Part shown: positions 1 through 14,080 of the stretch, piece after piece
How the letters are laid out: the number at the start of each line of letters is the position of its first letter
Position numbering within the stretch: position 1 is the stretch's first letter
Source: Botryllus schlosseri
Lineage: Eukaryota
DNA length: 64,000 bases
Assembly (NCBI GenBank): GCA_051294905.1
Contig: CM119372.1
Location: 5,086,001-5,150,000, forward strand
Reading direction: 5' to 3'
The notes under the pieces: generated by a model
The model's database searches: none
Seen by the model: the letters and a program-made list of their open reading frames with translations, nothing else
Told to the model about the DNA's origin: nothing
Position numbers and translations under genes: made by a program

Positions 1-3000
1 CTGATGGGGTTTTCTAAGCTGGCAAACTCCTATGAGATGCTCATGATCGGTAAGAAGCACATATTCGATAATCACACACTTTGTATGGTTTTGCGGATTT
101 GTTACATCATCGTCATACAGGGCGCTTTGTGATCGGCGTAGACTGTGGGATCAACACTGTAATCGCGCCAATGTTTTTGACCGAGATATCCCCCGTTCAG
201 CATCGCGGCATGCTCGGAACGCTTAACCAACTTGGAATAGTATCGTCGATCCTGATATCACAAGTAAGAACTCCCTATACATTGTACGCCAGATAATTCA
301 AATACATTTGGGAGTTTGAGATAAAATATAATTGTATGCCGTGCTAGTGGGCAGTGGGCACTTCCATTCACCATACACAGAAAGTACTTCCTACCTTGCA
401 AGAGTGTACTTGTACGTTTTATGTGAAGTATACCGCCAAATGTGCACCAAATGTGACGGGGTAATGATATAAATCTCAACAAGTTGCTAGTACTACCACG
501 GCTTACGTAACTAAGTAGCTATTCAATGAACATTGTTCATGTTTTACTACGTATGGTCAATAATGGAGTAATTTGATTTGGCACAACTATATACGGAACA
601 TAAAAATAAGGTACTGAAACGCCACGGATATTTCCTTGTTGTTACGTGATTATATGAACTAACGCCGGATGCTTCAACTCATCGACACACGACTTGTTTT
701 AGTGCTATAGTTGACCGAATTCACGAAGACTATTACTATACCGGCTCGCATATAGTCGCACATCCACGACCTAACCATGACCAGACCAGACACTAACACA
801 CAACACAGCGCAGATCCTTTTGCGATTGCTGGGTAATGTGTATGTAGTAGTTTAGATTTCAACCACCGACAGCACCCTATGTATTTAACATTCCCGTGAA
901 CGTGATCAACACAGAATGCGGAGTTAACGGTCACGCGTATCAGATGTGTTCAGAGTGTGACAGGATGCCGTCCCGTGTGCGACGTGTGCGACTGTGCGTG
1001 CATCGAATCAAACGGCTCACAATATTTAAAAGGCACGGCGCGAATCGGGCTGTATTTTTCCGCACTTTGATACGTTACATAACTTTCGGCGTTTCGTAAT
1101 GGTCATCTCTGAACACCTCACTCCAATAGTTATGTAATGAGAATTCCTGGCTGTAAGTCATTGTTGTACAACATCGCAAGGGGTGGTATGTACAAAGCTC
1201 ATCTGCAGCTTAATCTGTGTTTGAGTCGGAGTCCAGAACAACAGATCTTCAGCATCGTCACGGCTATTGCGACGATGTCTAAGTTTAAGTGCAATTTTGG
1301 TAATCGTCATGCGTGCGTAACTGATCCCAGGTGAAATTTATTAGCGCTTGATTTGAAACTCGCCAAGTCACAGTGATGATTGAGAATAATACTTATGCAT
1401 CGCAAAACGTACCACCTGGTGTAATTCTCCAAACCTTATTCGGGACTAGGTTACAGGTATACCGGGAGATGATTAGTGTGGTCACGTGACGGATAGGTTT
1501 TCCATTCGGCCGCTATCGATTAGCTGATGGATTTGTTCAATAAATTTATGTGCATTCCAGTTATTTTGATGCGTCATTTTCCCAGATACCGTGTAGGAGT
1601 TTGGGTCCTCGTTTAGGATATCTGGACAAAGTCTCGGTTTCAACATGCAGGCCAACAACTGTCTTGACAGAATGGCCTAGGCCTTAACTGCGATAGCGTT
1701 AGTGCTATATCTGTAGGATTACCGTATTTTGGAAATCTGAAAAGAGGACACTTTTTCAAAATTTTCAGACTTACAATACTGGACTAAAATCCTGAAAAAA
1801 TGCGAAATTTTTCCGGACTTCGTGGTCGGTTGACTAAAACAAGACAAGGTCATTTTTCTGGCTCAAGTCCCGAAAACCGTTATTTGGCCGCTGATTTCCT
1901 ATATCTCTGCCAATTTCCACGTACATTTGACAAAAATTCTTCAAAAAGAGGACATTTAGCCGTCCTCCGAGGCGGCGGTCTTCCGATAAACTAGATTTCA
2001 TTATGCAAGAATATCGTTCGGTGATAATTGACGATGGCCCACGACCTATATATAGTTCCGTCGCTTGCAAGGATGCGAACAGTAGCTTACATCAAGGCGA
2101 TCGATATACGCGCATTAGTCCGACACGTTTTCACCTCAAATTTAACCATCTGGTTCCCGTGACATCCGCTGAAATCACATCTGACTCATCCTCACTACTA
2201 TTGAGTTTTCTCTTTTACGCGAGGTCGACAATGTGGTCGACAGGATCCGCGTCCTGTCGGATGATTTCATACGGCTCGCGAATAGAGGTCGACCTATGTT
2301 GATTTTTACAGGCCAATACCGATACCGATATATCGGTTCACTCACAAGGCCGATATTAACATGGAAAGAGCAGAGAACAATTTCACCAAAAATATTATAT
2401 ATTAGGCAAGATGGCACTTGTACATGCCACAGAAAGCTGAACAACAAACGAGAAAACTGAAATTATTCCTTAATTGTGCACAGTCGATGAAATTTGGGAT
2501 AACCCAAAAAGCAAAATATGATACAGAATTGCAGATCAGTCCAGAAAAGGTAGATTGTAATGCAGGAAGCATAGTTTCTCTGCATACTCACCCAGCTAAA
2601 CTCGCCCTGCAAGGGTAAATCTGTCATAAATCGCCCTTTCCGTCGTAGATTTATTGAGATTGAGAACACGGAGGATTGAATTTCCGAAATTTTTGAATTT
2701 TTTTCAAATATAAAATATCGGCCACGATAGTGGCCTTCAGGCCTTCATAGGCCGATATCGATAATCGGGAAAGCTCTAAATATCGGCCTCGATAATCGGC
2801 CATGTCGATAATCGGTCGACCTCTACTCGCGAAGCAATGATGGGTCTGGGTGAATCAAAAAATGCTTATCCAGGGCATTTCGATCAAACGTTGAGATTTG
2901 TAGTGAAAGTACTTCTATTTCAGTCCATTGCAATTCTTGCAATATGAGCTTGACTGATAACGAATTTTTAAGCTTACACGGATAAAACCGATAACTAGCA

Positions 3001-6000
3001 CCCTTCACCCATTACCCCGATATGTTCAGCCAACTTCAAAAAAAGGATATAACATCATAGCTTAAGGTAGGGTGACTATTAAGGCTGTGCAAAAAAAAAC
3101 TTTTCCTTCAGATTTCACTGGCTACTTGATAAAATTGTACGGTTGGTTGCAGCTTCTAAACCAGGCTTGTCGTTACGTAACAATGATATGGCTAAATATT
3201 AATTCACTACGGCTTGTGACATCTACGATTAGTGGTTCGTTACACTGCCCTTGAATTTCCTGTTAGGTTTCCATTCGCACTCAATCCGGATTTTCGTTAT
3301 CACCATTCGCACCACCTTCGTCATTCGCACTGCAATACTTTTCATTCGCCCAAGTGCGAACCGTCAAACGGGTTGAAAAGCACTGGTCAATTTGATACTG
3401 AGCCACCGGGTGATGATACAATACCGTGTTACGCGACAATTGTCGTTCGTATGAACCTGCATTGCTGGCGTGTCGCTTAGATTTTCACGCCACGTATGAA
3501 TTTGACTGCTATAAGAATATATCTGCGCATTTTGCAATTCTTATCCGATGTCATTCGCATCATCTTCATCCGGTAATAGGATAGTGTGAAGTAGAACTCA
3601 GTTACTTTCTGTCGCGGCTTGAATTGGTCTTATCCTGTTCAGTGAATTTATGGCGAATGGAAATTTGGTTTTATTCGGAGATACATCTTTAAACTTGAAT
3701 GAGGTCTATCTTGCTTGTTGTTCTATCACGTGCGTGATAGTTATCGGTGGGAAACACTTGATTTTGGTGCTGTACACAACACTTGACCACAGGTGACCAA
3801 GGAAGTTCTGCGTTTCCGACTACTGAAGTAGGCTTAGCCTACTTATACTGCTTATTCAAATGCATGGCTAGGTTTTTATATTACCTCTACTTCTACTTAG
3901 GAGTTTTTACAAGTTGTATTGTGAAAAGTAGGAAGCAGTTTTGCGATAAGTTTGCATCACGCATAACAATTTGGGGAAAGAGCCCCGGTACCACGGCAGC
4001 TGAATATACATTTACGAAAGGGGCCACTTACAATTGACTGATAGAATGATGCGACCGACCGAGCAAATGTACTTTTTGAAACCACATACCTGAGTGTACT
4101 ATCCATAGATTACTTTCCATTTTGCACTTCTATATCCGAGGTAGTTTTGACTTCTGAGATGTCTTGCTGTACCTGTAATTGATCGGCATTGTTTCTACTT
4201 CTACGTGAGTAGCAACGCTGACTACTTTCCCCGCCCCTACACTTGACATAGGCAGTTCAGCGGACAAGCAGGCTATATTAAATCGTATAAATGTAACATT
4301 TCAGGTTCTGGGGTTACCTTCCGTTCTCGGCACCGAATCCGGATGGCCGATCCTGCTCGGACTGACAGCGGTATTCGCAGTGTTTCAGCTCATCTTCCTG
4401 CCGTTCTGCCCGGAGAGTCCTCGGTAGGTTACTGTGCGCGCTTTACAAAATGACGTGAATGTCGCAACGGCTTCCAATTCGACAGGTACCTGCTCTTGTA
4501 CAAGAACGACGACTCGGGAGCCAGGAAAGCGCTCGGAAAACTACGGGGAGCTTGCCACGACGTCGACGAGGAGTGTTCTGTGATGCAGCAGGAATATAAA
4601 GAAGAATCGGAAGACAAATCTGTTGGTTCGTGTCTATTTTATATCCGAGACCATCCGCGGAAAACATAAGACAAAAACTACGGGCATATCGATGTTGTCA
4701 TGCTCAGGATCAATCCTAGCTTTCGTAGTTGCGATGACATCACAATGGCGTTATTCACTGTTACTACATGTGGGTGGTAAGTAGGTGTGTTTACCAGATT
4801 TCCACCATAGCGTTATAGCTCAACCCCAACCTTACGCGGATTAATCGCCCTTTAATAAATAATCAGACTGCGGTGTGCGACACAGATTGTTTTCAATTTA
4901 CTTGTACATTATTTGATTTTGCAATCAACATTACCAGGATAGCATGGATGGAATGTTGCAGGACTTAGAAAGCCTTACAAGGCTATATCTGCACCTTCCT
5001 TGTCCAGCGGCATATGTACATTGTACAATGTACATCATGCGCTCATGGTCATGGTATACATGTGTGCAGATCGTGTGCATGTATATCATCAGTCGATGTA
5101 TATTCCGCAAAAACATCAAGGACAAAAATGCATTACGTCCTTTCCGTTCCAGTAGAATAAGTTGCGCAAAAATATCAAACCTGAATTCAGATTTACAAAG
5201 TTCTCAGTGGATAGGCAAATCACTGTCAACCCTGATTTTGATTCTGTACAGTCGGCCGGTTCCATCTGGGTTTAGTACGAGAGACTTCGGATTTCGGTTG
5301 CTTATGCCTGGCAGTGCTAGGGTTACCATATTTTGGAATCGGCAAAGGACTACACTTTTCCAAAATTTTCAGACTTACAATTGTGGAGTAAAATTCGGAA
5401 AAAGTGGTGAATTTTTCCCAACTTTGTGGTTGGTTGACTAAAAAAAATGAAAAAAGGTCGTCATTTACGTTCCAACCACGAATTTCCTGTATGAGCCCAT
5501 TTTCACTCGAATCTATCCATCAACTTAGCTCAAAAAGCTGTAAAGAAGGACGAATTGCCAAAAAGCAGGACATTTAAGCGTCCTCGGAGGACATTTTCAA
5601 AAATCCGAAAAAGGAGGACAAATCCTCCTAAATGAGGACGTATGGTAACCCTACCCAGTGCCCACTGTACACTGTTTTATTTTGGCTACTGCGATTGCCT
5701 AATTAATGGTGTCATACGGATCGCGTGTCGACAATATGACTTTTAATACCGAGACGCCGATCTCCTGGCAATCCGTTAAGACCTCCAAGCCCAATACAAC
5801 CAGCACTTCCTAACTTATCGCGTTGATAATCATTTCATCATATGTATTGATGTCCCATTGTCTCGTTCGCGTTTGGTTAATCATCACGGAATCTCATGAG
5901 CAGTATCGCGTGCGGATTTTGAAATCATCGATTGCCTCGTCACAGTGACATGCAAAATCAATTTTTCCCGATAGTTCCAATATTTCTATTGCCGCTATCA

Positions 6001-9000
6001 TATCAGCCCCATCGTCCTGAGGGCCTGCCTGCCCGCGTTAGTTATGTTATGATCAAATATTAAATATTTGTCAAATCACCGGCATGTCTTGTTCAATCCA
6101 ATTTCTTGGTAAATGTGTACTCGGCAAATGTTTGTCCCCGTGTTCATTTACGTGCGAAGGCTGGTTTCTCAAACTCTTGAGTGATAATGTCAATGCAAAC
6201 TGTCGATAATTGTGGAATGTAGCCTACTGTCATTTCGCGACTGAATGAACCGTCATTATCTTGACCAGGTTTCTTCGAAATCTTCAAGATAGGACACCTT
6301 CGCAGACCCATGCTCGTGGCGATCGTGATGCAGCTTTCCCAACAACTATCCGGGATCACCGCTGTGTTCTATTACTCTACGTCTCTGTTTATCGACGCCG
6401 GAGTTGACGAGAGCAACAGGTACCCGTGACTTACATGCCATTGTTACGTCGGACCTTTTACACTGTCATTAGACACACATTCAATGTTTGGTTAGGGACT
6501 GGTGCAGTTACTTCTCGTAATCGTGAATAGGATTACCGCCAGTCACGGCGTTGAGGGATGGAAGATTTTGTGATTGCGCACAATGGATAATTGGTGATAT
6601 GCCCCGTAATTCAGGCAATTCCCGAATGAAGTGGTTCTTAACCTTTTAACCTTGTCTGCAGCCCCCCTGGGGGCGATTTGGATTTTGAAGGGGGCGGAAA
6701 CGCTCAGGGGGCGAAATGGGGGCGCTGAAGAAAAATTGCTTCCCGGTAGATGGTGTAGCAAGGACATATGATTAGTTCTATATATCGCTGAGTTCTCATT
6801 GCAAACTAACATTCCACAAAATCTGTCAAATGACGACGTTTTTCGTTTGCGATCATCGCGAACTATCCACCGACGATTTTTCCACGAATGCAGTGGTTTA
6901 TTTTAATTCATGTCAAATTAATTTGGCGTACTGTTGGATTGCCAATTCCCCGTTCAAACACCCTCGTCACGCTAGCTACTCCAATCCGTTTCGACACCGT
7001 CCTATCTTTTCATTGTATCGCAGTTTTGTGGTGTTTTGAAACGATGAAAATATTAAGGAATTGATACTGATACTGATAGCGCCGGTTGTTTTCCACAAAA
7101 TGTTTTGAAATAGGTATGGTATCCTGCAGAGCACTGCGTGTCGAAATCCAAAAGGCACAGTGTTGTACAATTTTTGAGAGTGATGGCCTTCGTACATTGA
7201 AGATGTTTTGAAGATTTTTGGCCGAAATGATTAAGCAAACATTCTTGTATTTGAGAGCTTGTTAAAGTTTAGAGCTTGGCGCAGTACTAAATTTAACGTG
7301 AGTGAAGATCCCTACCACATTTTCAATTGGTTTAGTAGTCACTAGGGCAAGTTTTTGTTGCAGTTAAATCCGTGAAAAGTTGCATGTACTTTTGAAAAAA
7401 GTTGCAGAAGTTGCATTTTGACCACATTCTGCTCGGTTGACTGAAAAAAAAGGTCAATTTCCCGGCTCAGCTCCCGAAATGCCCGTAAAAGCGTTACTTC
7501 GTTGCTGATTTACGATGTTTCAGTCGAATTTGGCCGTGTATTTCACCAAAATCGGAAATACTTTCATGAAAAATCGAAATAGTTGCAAAATGTTGCCAAA
7601 AGTTGCATGAAAAAAATGGACAAAAGTTGCAAAAAGTTGCACTATAAAATTCCTTCAAACAGCTTAAAACAGCATTCTACATATCTTACGAGTATTTAAG
7701 AAGCTGCCGGAAGCTGTAAAAAAAGGTTGCAAAAGTTGCAAAAACTTGCCCTAGTAGTCACACAAAGCAATAAAACAAAACCCACAACCATTAACTTTCC
7801 TGTATTTCCAATCGCAGAGGAGAATTCGGGATGTGTACATCGATCTAGAACCTAACGCTACGAGCCCGTTGGCCTTACCCAATGGTTATTATAACAACCT
7901 AGATTTGATCCCGAAAATAGTACATACAATTGTACAGTTAATTAGTCGAGTGGTCTAATAGTGAAGTCCCAACCCGAAACCGGACTTCTACCAGCACTTA
8001 CCCATGGGCGTTGAAATTAGGACTAGGGCTGGGTTAATGTTAGATTTGGAGGTAAGGGTTGGGTTTCGTGTTAGAGTTTTGGTTGTAAAGCCACGTGATC
8101 AAGTTCCGCATGTTCAGCTGTCATTTTTCATTGTGTCGCTCTAATGTCGGGCAACCATATACATCCCTACGAAAACAAGAATACTGCGAACATGTACTAA
8201 CTACAAGGTGTCCACTGTCCATCGTTCGAGAGAGAAGCCTGTATACTGCATCACGTGGCTCTGTTACGCAAAATTACGAATTGATTTCATTATTATCGCC
8301 TTATGCAGTTATACTGTGTTGACCGCCGGTAACTGGACGGAGACTAAATCTAAATTTCGAAGTAGCAAACTTGCTGTTGCTTCTCAAGATTTGACTAGTT
8401 AGGGCGGAACAACCTGTATTATTACGGCTGCCTGACATGTGAGCAATCTGAGCATGCGTCACAATTGAAAACGACAGTTGAGCATGGGACACTTCTGCAT
8501 GTGACTTTATAATTCCAAATCTAATCTTAACTCGAAACATAACCCTGAAATTAACCCTTATATATATCTTAACCCCAACCCCAAATCCAACCCACCCCCA
8601 ACCCGTAATTTAATCCGTATGCTTATGTGTCACATGCCCAAGTGTCGCATGCTATAATGCAGTGATTCCCAACCGCGGCCCCCAGCTAGCCTTCTTGCGG
8701 CCCCCACAAATTATTAAGAAATCGATTTACGACATAAAATAAAATTTATATTTATAAAATGTGCCCTAACTTTCCAGTTTAACGAACAGTAGCTACGGAC
8801 AGATGCACAACACGTGACTGACGGTCAAATACGCCGCGACGCGCACCGCTCAGCCGGCCAAAAGCTGCACAATCGGCAGCCTCACAGCTCGCTACCCAAG
8901 CGTCCGAATAATTTGTTATGTCGAGTCCCCATCGAAAGCTATTGCAGCAGCGATTCCAAAAACACGAACTGAAACCTCGCCAGGGCAATAAAACTACCCC

Positions 9001-12000
9001 AAAATAGCCGCCGAAGGTCGATCGTTCTGAACAATGGGAGCGCAGCATCACAATGACCATAACAATGGCCAATGGCGTCGAGTGATTGTTCGGAGCTATG
9101 CTAATTTTGATATTGTGATGACTATTTTGGGTCCGTTTCATTGCCCTGGCCATATCCAAATCTGCATTGTCCGAATCAGCACAGCCCCCGCCCCCGACCA
9201 AGACCAGACATAACAAATTTGGACGCTCGTACTACCAGCGACAGGACAACCAATCATGCTGCCCCCACCGGGCACAGCAGTAGGCCTCCCGGCACTCAAA
9301 CCGTGTGTCACGTGCCGTGCATCAATCCGTATATTAGAGATCTATGGTTAAGGCAAAATCTGGCAGCAGCTGTCCAGTTCTCCTCGATTTTACTCTATTT
9401 TGTGAACTTTTTATTGATCTAAAGCGGTCACAAATTTTATAACGCTGCAATAGGTTAATCAGTCATTCGATCAAGTGGGTAGTGATTTGATGCTTTATAA
9501 TAGGGTTACCATATTTTGGAAATCTAAAAAGAGGACACTATTCAAGATTTTCAGACTCAAAAAACTAGTGGAAAATCCTGAAAAAACGGTAAATTTTCCC
9601 CACTTCGTTGTCGGCTGACTACAAAAAAGGTCAACTTTCCGGCTCAGCTCCCGAAATACCCGCCGGAACGTTACTTCAGTGATGATTTACTGTATCGATT
9701 TTGCTCTATATTTAACCAAAATTCTCAAAAAAAGAGGATAAAATCTCAAAAAAAGGACATTTGGGCGTCCTCCGAGGACACTTTCAAAAAAATTAAAAAA
9801 AAAGAGGACTAATCCTCTTAAAAGACAACGTATGGTAACCCTACTTTATAATTTTTGCTATACTTAATGAGTGTATTCGTGCGGCTCCAACCGTACTTTG
9901 AAATTCTATATTTGGCCCGGACACCGAAAAAGGTTGGGAACCACTGCTATAATGTCGCATGCTCAAGCTTCCTGGTCCGAAAGTGCACCGCCTTTTCACA
10001 AACTCGTTGCTGAAGTAGGATCATATTGGTTGTGTTTGTTCCTGCGCATTGTATGCCCATCGAGTCAACGTTAATATGTTAAGGCTCGTGGACATTGACG
10101 CACATCCAGAGTGACATTGCATTCCTTTTCAGCGCCCTGACTACGGTGGGAGTTGGCTGTGTCAACATCGTGATGACAATAGTATCGTTGTTGTTGATTG
10201 AGAGGGCAGGCAGGCGATTGCTTCATTTGGTTGGTCTAGGTGGCATGTGCTGCTGCTCTGTGATATTGGCGGTAAGTCAATAAGTGATTCGAATTCCATT
10301 GGGGTGATTGTCGGTGTTTTTTAGTTCAGCGGCGCACTGGGGATCGTGGGTGCGGAATTGGGTGTCCATATTTGATATTGCACTTTGCGGTTTTGCTTGT
10401 TTGCGAACATAAAGGTGCGGCGCGTTGGGGTCGTTGAATTCAAGTTGCAAGTGTACAATCTATCCAACGCCTATACTCGATCGATCAACGTCCGGCGTCC
10501 GCTAATACCGCAAATACCAATCGCAAATAACCCATAAGCCAAAATGGACATGAGTAAAAGTTACCACAAGAGATTAACGATTCGTGAATAGAGATCTATG
10601 ATTGTTAGTCGGTTTCAGTCCTTAAATTCGATTTTCGCTAATGCATTGGTCATATACCAACCAATCATTGCTGCGAGCGTGTAAGATAACAAATACATTA
10701 GCACTAGCAGTAGAGTCCGACCGATGACATATCATGTAACGATAGCGCTCAATTCGGCCTATATTAAACTGTGACGTGTTTCAATTAAAACTTCTCCTTA
10801 CCGACAGTAATTCAAATAGACATCATATTTTGACAATCAAACTCCAACTGAGTAAGTCCGATAAGCCTATATTAAACCTACACTTAACCTACTGACTAGT
10901 AGTTCCATTGCTCCTTGCCCGCTATTCCAAAGCTTGGTAGTTCACCGTTGTAACGGCAACCAAATGACCATTTTCCGAAATGCCAGACATACTGTTACAA
11001 TTTCCTATCCCCTACTTCTAACCCGAAATAACGATATCCCAACAATAAGCCAAGATAATGCTAACCCCAACCCATGCAACGCTAAGCATACTCGAGAGTA
11101 AAATTAACCCAAATGCATAACAAACTTGACGGAAACGACGAATCGTTGGTCGACCGAGATAATGTCCAACATGTCCGCCCAAAGAGACTTGTCCGAGATG
11201 GTAGATTTGCGAAGTGTCTGCATACCGTTTATCGCGAAGTGACGATAGGCTGTGCCAACCCTTACAGACAAATATGAATTTTTATTTGTGACAATATTTA
11301 ATTGTGAAAAACAGAAATGGGTGAAGTAGTCACCATTGGTATACTCAAGGGGAAGTAGAAGTAGCGATTTGCCATGTCAAAACATGAAGATTTGAAAAGT
11401 GCTCTATAGTACGCAGCTTAAAGTAGATTTAGTTTTTAAGTGAGAATACACACTACTTACTAAATCCAAAGTCAAAAGATGTATTACTTTTCCTTAAGAA
11501 ACTGGCGGAAGTATAATTTGTCATAAAACTTGACCTCTTGAATAAGTAGCGCAAGTTGACAAAAACTACTTGAGTAATGCAATAAAGTAGATTTACTTCG
11601 TTATTACTGACCACCTCTACTTGTAAATGGCACAATGCAAAGAAAACACATTCTATGAGTCGAGACATCGCTAGCAGACTTGGACAACTAGATATTTCTA
11701 GTTAACAGTGGTTCCCAAGGGGGGTGAAATCGTCCCCCAGTGGGCGATTTTGAGAGACAAAGGGACTAAAATACCAAAGGGGGCGATTGGGGCGGGGACG
11801 GCGGGCGGCGAAAATGTTACAAAGTTGAGTGAGATATATTTAATTAATTCGGTAAAATAATGCAAGCGAAGACGGCTTATTCTGCATATGACGCGGAAGT
11901 TGACTGAAAAAATGGTAAACTCAACGGTAACTAGACGCGGAAACCGGCTTTCCGAGCACCTACTAGGAAAATGACCTTTCTTTTTCAGTCGATCCACCAG

Positions 12001-14080
12001 CGATCAGAATTTGGCGAATAAATCATCCGTTTATATGGCCCCTTTTTCGGATCTGTATGTATGGGGATCGAGCATGATAAGGGGGCGATGAATAAAAAAA
12101 AGTGGGTCCCACTGAGTTAGACTAATTAGAATAATTAGGTCGCAATGACGGTAATCTAATTATAATTTAATTTCTGGTTTTCATGAAAATGCTACAGGAG
12201 AAATGTATAGAGCGAAACGAGCCAAGTCTGCTGTATAGATAATTTCCATTCTAATGCTTATAAGATTGAACACCGATTTGATACGAACTGAACTTCGTTT
12301 AATTTCCAAGTTTTCGCAAATTCAGTAATTCTGATCTATTTGAAAAAAACTGTAGTTATAATTCTAATTCTAATCTAATTTAGAAGAGCTGAAAATTTTC
12401 TAGCTGTCGAAGTCTGCTCAGATCACTAGCATCATCATCGCATTGATATAGTTACATATTGTTGTATTGTTGTTCGCAACAGCACGGTGGGCAAACACAG
12501 AAGCTAATGATGATTCGCTCATACGTTATTGTAACTGGCCGAATAAACACCGCGTTGCCTTGTATACAATCGAATAGCTGGTGGCCTTGAATTGCTGGTT
12601 GCTTTATTGCACCGAGATCTATCATCGCACTATTCACTGTGTTTTAGATCACTCTGACCGTCGACGGAGGGTCGTGGCTGACCGGCGCTTCTCTGGCGGG
12701 GGTGTTTTTGTTCGTGGCTTTCTTCCAAGTCGGCCCGGGTTCCATTCCTTGGTTTATCACCGCGGAGCTGTTCACTCAGGGACCGAGACCGACTGCCATC
12801 AGCATCGCGGGATTGGTGAACTGGGCCGGGAATTTCACCATTGCTCTTGCGTAAGCTGACGTACTGGTTAAAGTTAACAAGCCATTTGTGGCACAGAACT
12901 TCAAAATAACGCGAAACAATAACTTCATATTGTTAATTTATTCTCTAAAAGCTTTTCGACTGACTCTCATCAGTAGCGAACGTCAGTGATAAGGTGAATC
13001 CAATTCGAAATGTAAGAACTATTTTGTCTGCGTGACGTAATAATAACAAAAACAAACAACTAGTACACAGGCAAGATACGGTTGTAACGGTACAAAACAA
13101 ACGTTAACGAGTACATATTCGGTTATAAATAACCGAGAACACAACACACAACATTAATGAAATATTCCAAGAGTGTAGAGGCGTTCCTTCTGGCGACAGA
13201 GAATCGGCTTTCGCAGCTTTATGATCGTAGATTCCAGGACCTTTAAATGAAAAAGAGAACGGCCACGAGCAACTATAGAAAATTGACTGTCATTGTAATG
13301 ATCAGCACATTCTGGATGGGATAAGTACTATATAGTACACCAGGCCGATATTCTTCTTATTTTCCGTAACTGCCGACTTATAGCACGACCCACCTCCAGG
13401 CTTTTTGTAAGACGCCGCTTACGCGGATGAGGTGGCGAGGAGGAGCCTAGGTAAACCTCCAACACTTAGGTACCGGAATTCGGAGTCGACCTCGGTCGGA
13501 CTCGAACTCGCACCCATTGGTGTTCAAGCCACCACTGCACTATCTCGTCACCCTAGAAGTGGGTCGTGCTACAAGTTGGTGAATACCGAATCATAATAAA
13601 GAATATCGGCCTGATGCAACATGACCAATGTAATCGAAACACCACGAATATCAAACAAACAATCAGCATATAGAGCAGGCGTACCAAGCTCAATCTGGGG
13701 CGTGGGTCGGATTCAGACCTTTTCATCTCTTGCGGGCCGGACCAGTCGAATGAAAAAAATGTTTCTTCCAACTGGCTTTGCAAATCCAGAGATTTCGAGC
13801 ATGTCTTTTAGTAAATTTTGGCAATGGGAAGTGTTGTATTGAAATCCCCGTTCTAAACGACCTTATTTCCACTTTTAGATATCCGCCACTTCAGCAGGTC
13901 ATCGGGGGTTATACCTTTCTGATATTCGCCGGACTGCTGGCGCTGTTCTTCATCTACACCTACCTGAAGGTACCCGAGACGAAGGGCAGGACCATTCAGG
14001 AGATCACAGCGCGCTTCCAGAAAGTTAACGAGGCGCGCGATGACAACAAGAAGTTTTACAACCATAGCACCAAACTATAA
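1..14080 (+). CDS. SLC2A1: Facilitated sugar transporter, class I GLUT (SLC2A1-4-like); 5'-partial, 8 exons visible, ~381 aa
   Basis: Exons with GT-AG boundaries and consistent phases: 1-49, 121-263, 4305-4423, 4486-4625, 6269-6419, 10133-10271, 12648-12850, 13879-14080 (TAA). Translation has GLUT hallmarks: LMGFSKL..EML.IGRF, EISP...[73 protein letters not shown]. The symbol marks the family; it is probably co-orthologous to SLC2A1-4. Confidence 0.93.
1714..1972. mobile_element. Truncated copy of the TAGGGTTACC hAT-type MITE family
   Basis: Matches the left part of the 5318-5653 and 9501-9843 copies (ttttggaaatctgaaaagaggacact...); the right TIR is missing. Confidence 0.65.
2283..2825. mobile_element. 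hAT-type MITE (TIR TAGAGGTCGACC)
   Basis: Terminal inverted repeats, perfect 8-bp TSD ctcgcgaa, and subterminal ccgata/tatcgg repeats. Confidence 0.9.
5318..5653. mobile_element. hAT-type MITE (TIR TAGGGTTACCATA)
   Basis: TIRs tagggttaccata/tatggtaacccta; imperfect TSD ggcagtgc/cccagtgc; homologous to 9501-9843. Confidence 0.85.
7343..7753. mobile_element. hAT-type MITE (TIR TAGGGCAAGTTTTTG)
   Basis: 15-bp TIRs, perfect TSD gtagtcac, internal aaagttgca repeats. A related fragment lies at ~24480-24650. Confidence 0.9.
8660..9946. mobile_element. Non-autonomous hAT (Buster-type ends) carrying a nested MITE
   Basis: TIRs cagtgattcccaacc/ggttgggaaccactg and perfect TSD ctataatg. Confidence 0.88.
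9501..9843. mobile_element. hAT-type MITE (TIR TAGGGTTACCATA) nested in 8660-9946
   Basis: TIRs plus perfect TSD ctttataa. Confidence 0.9.
11312..11620. mobile_element. Diverged short member of the CAGAGGTGG/gtagaagta MITE family
   Basis: agtagaagtagcg and ctacttgagta motifs and the end ttactgaccacctct are shared with 56615-57861. Confidence 0.55.
11706..12114. mobile_element. hAT-type MITE (CAGTGG..CCACTG ends, gggggcga subterminal motifs)
   Basis: TIR-like ends cagtggttccca/tgggtcccactg; TSD not clean. Confidence 0.6.
13338..13550 (-). mobile_element. tRNA-derived SINE
   Basis: Near-collinear with 54805-55028; the minus strand starts with A-box (tagtgcagtgg) and B-box (gttcgagtcc) motifs. 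Confidence 0.75.

Noticed and set aside
4944..5441. 165-aa ORF (also the 145-aa ORF at 8779-9216)
   Set aside because: Both are intronic, run into or lie within MITEs, and have no recognisable motifs.
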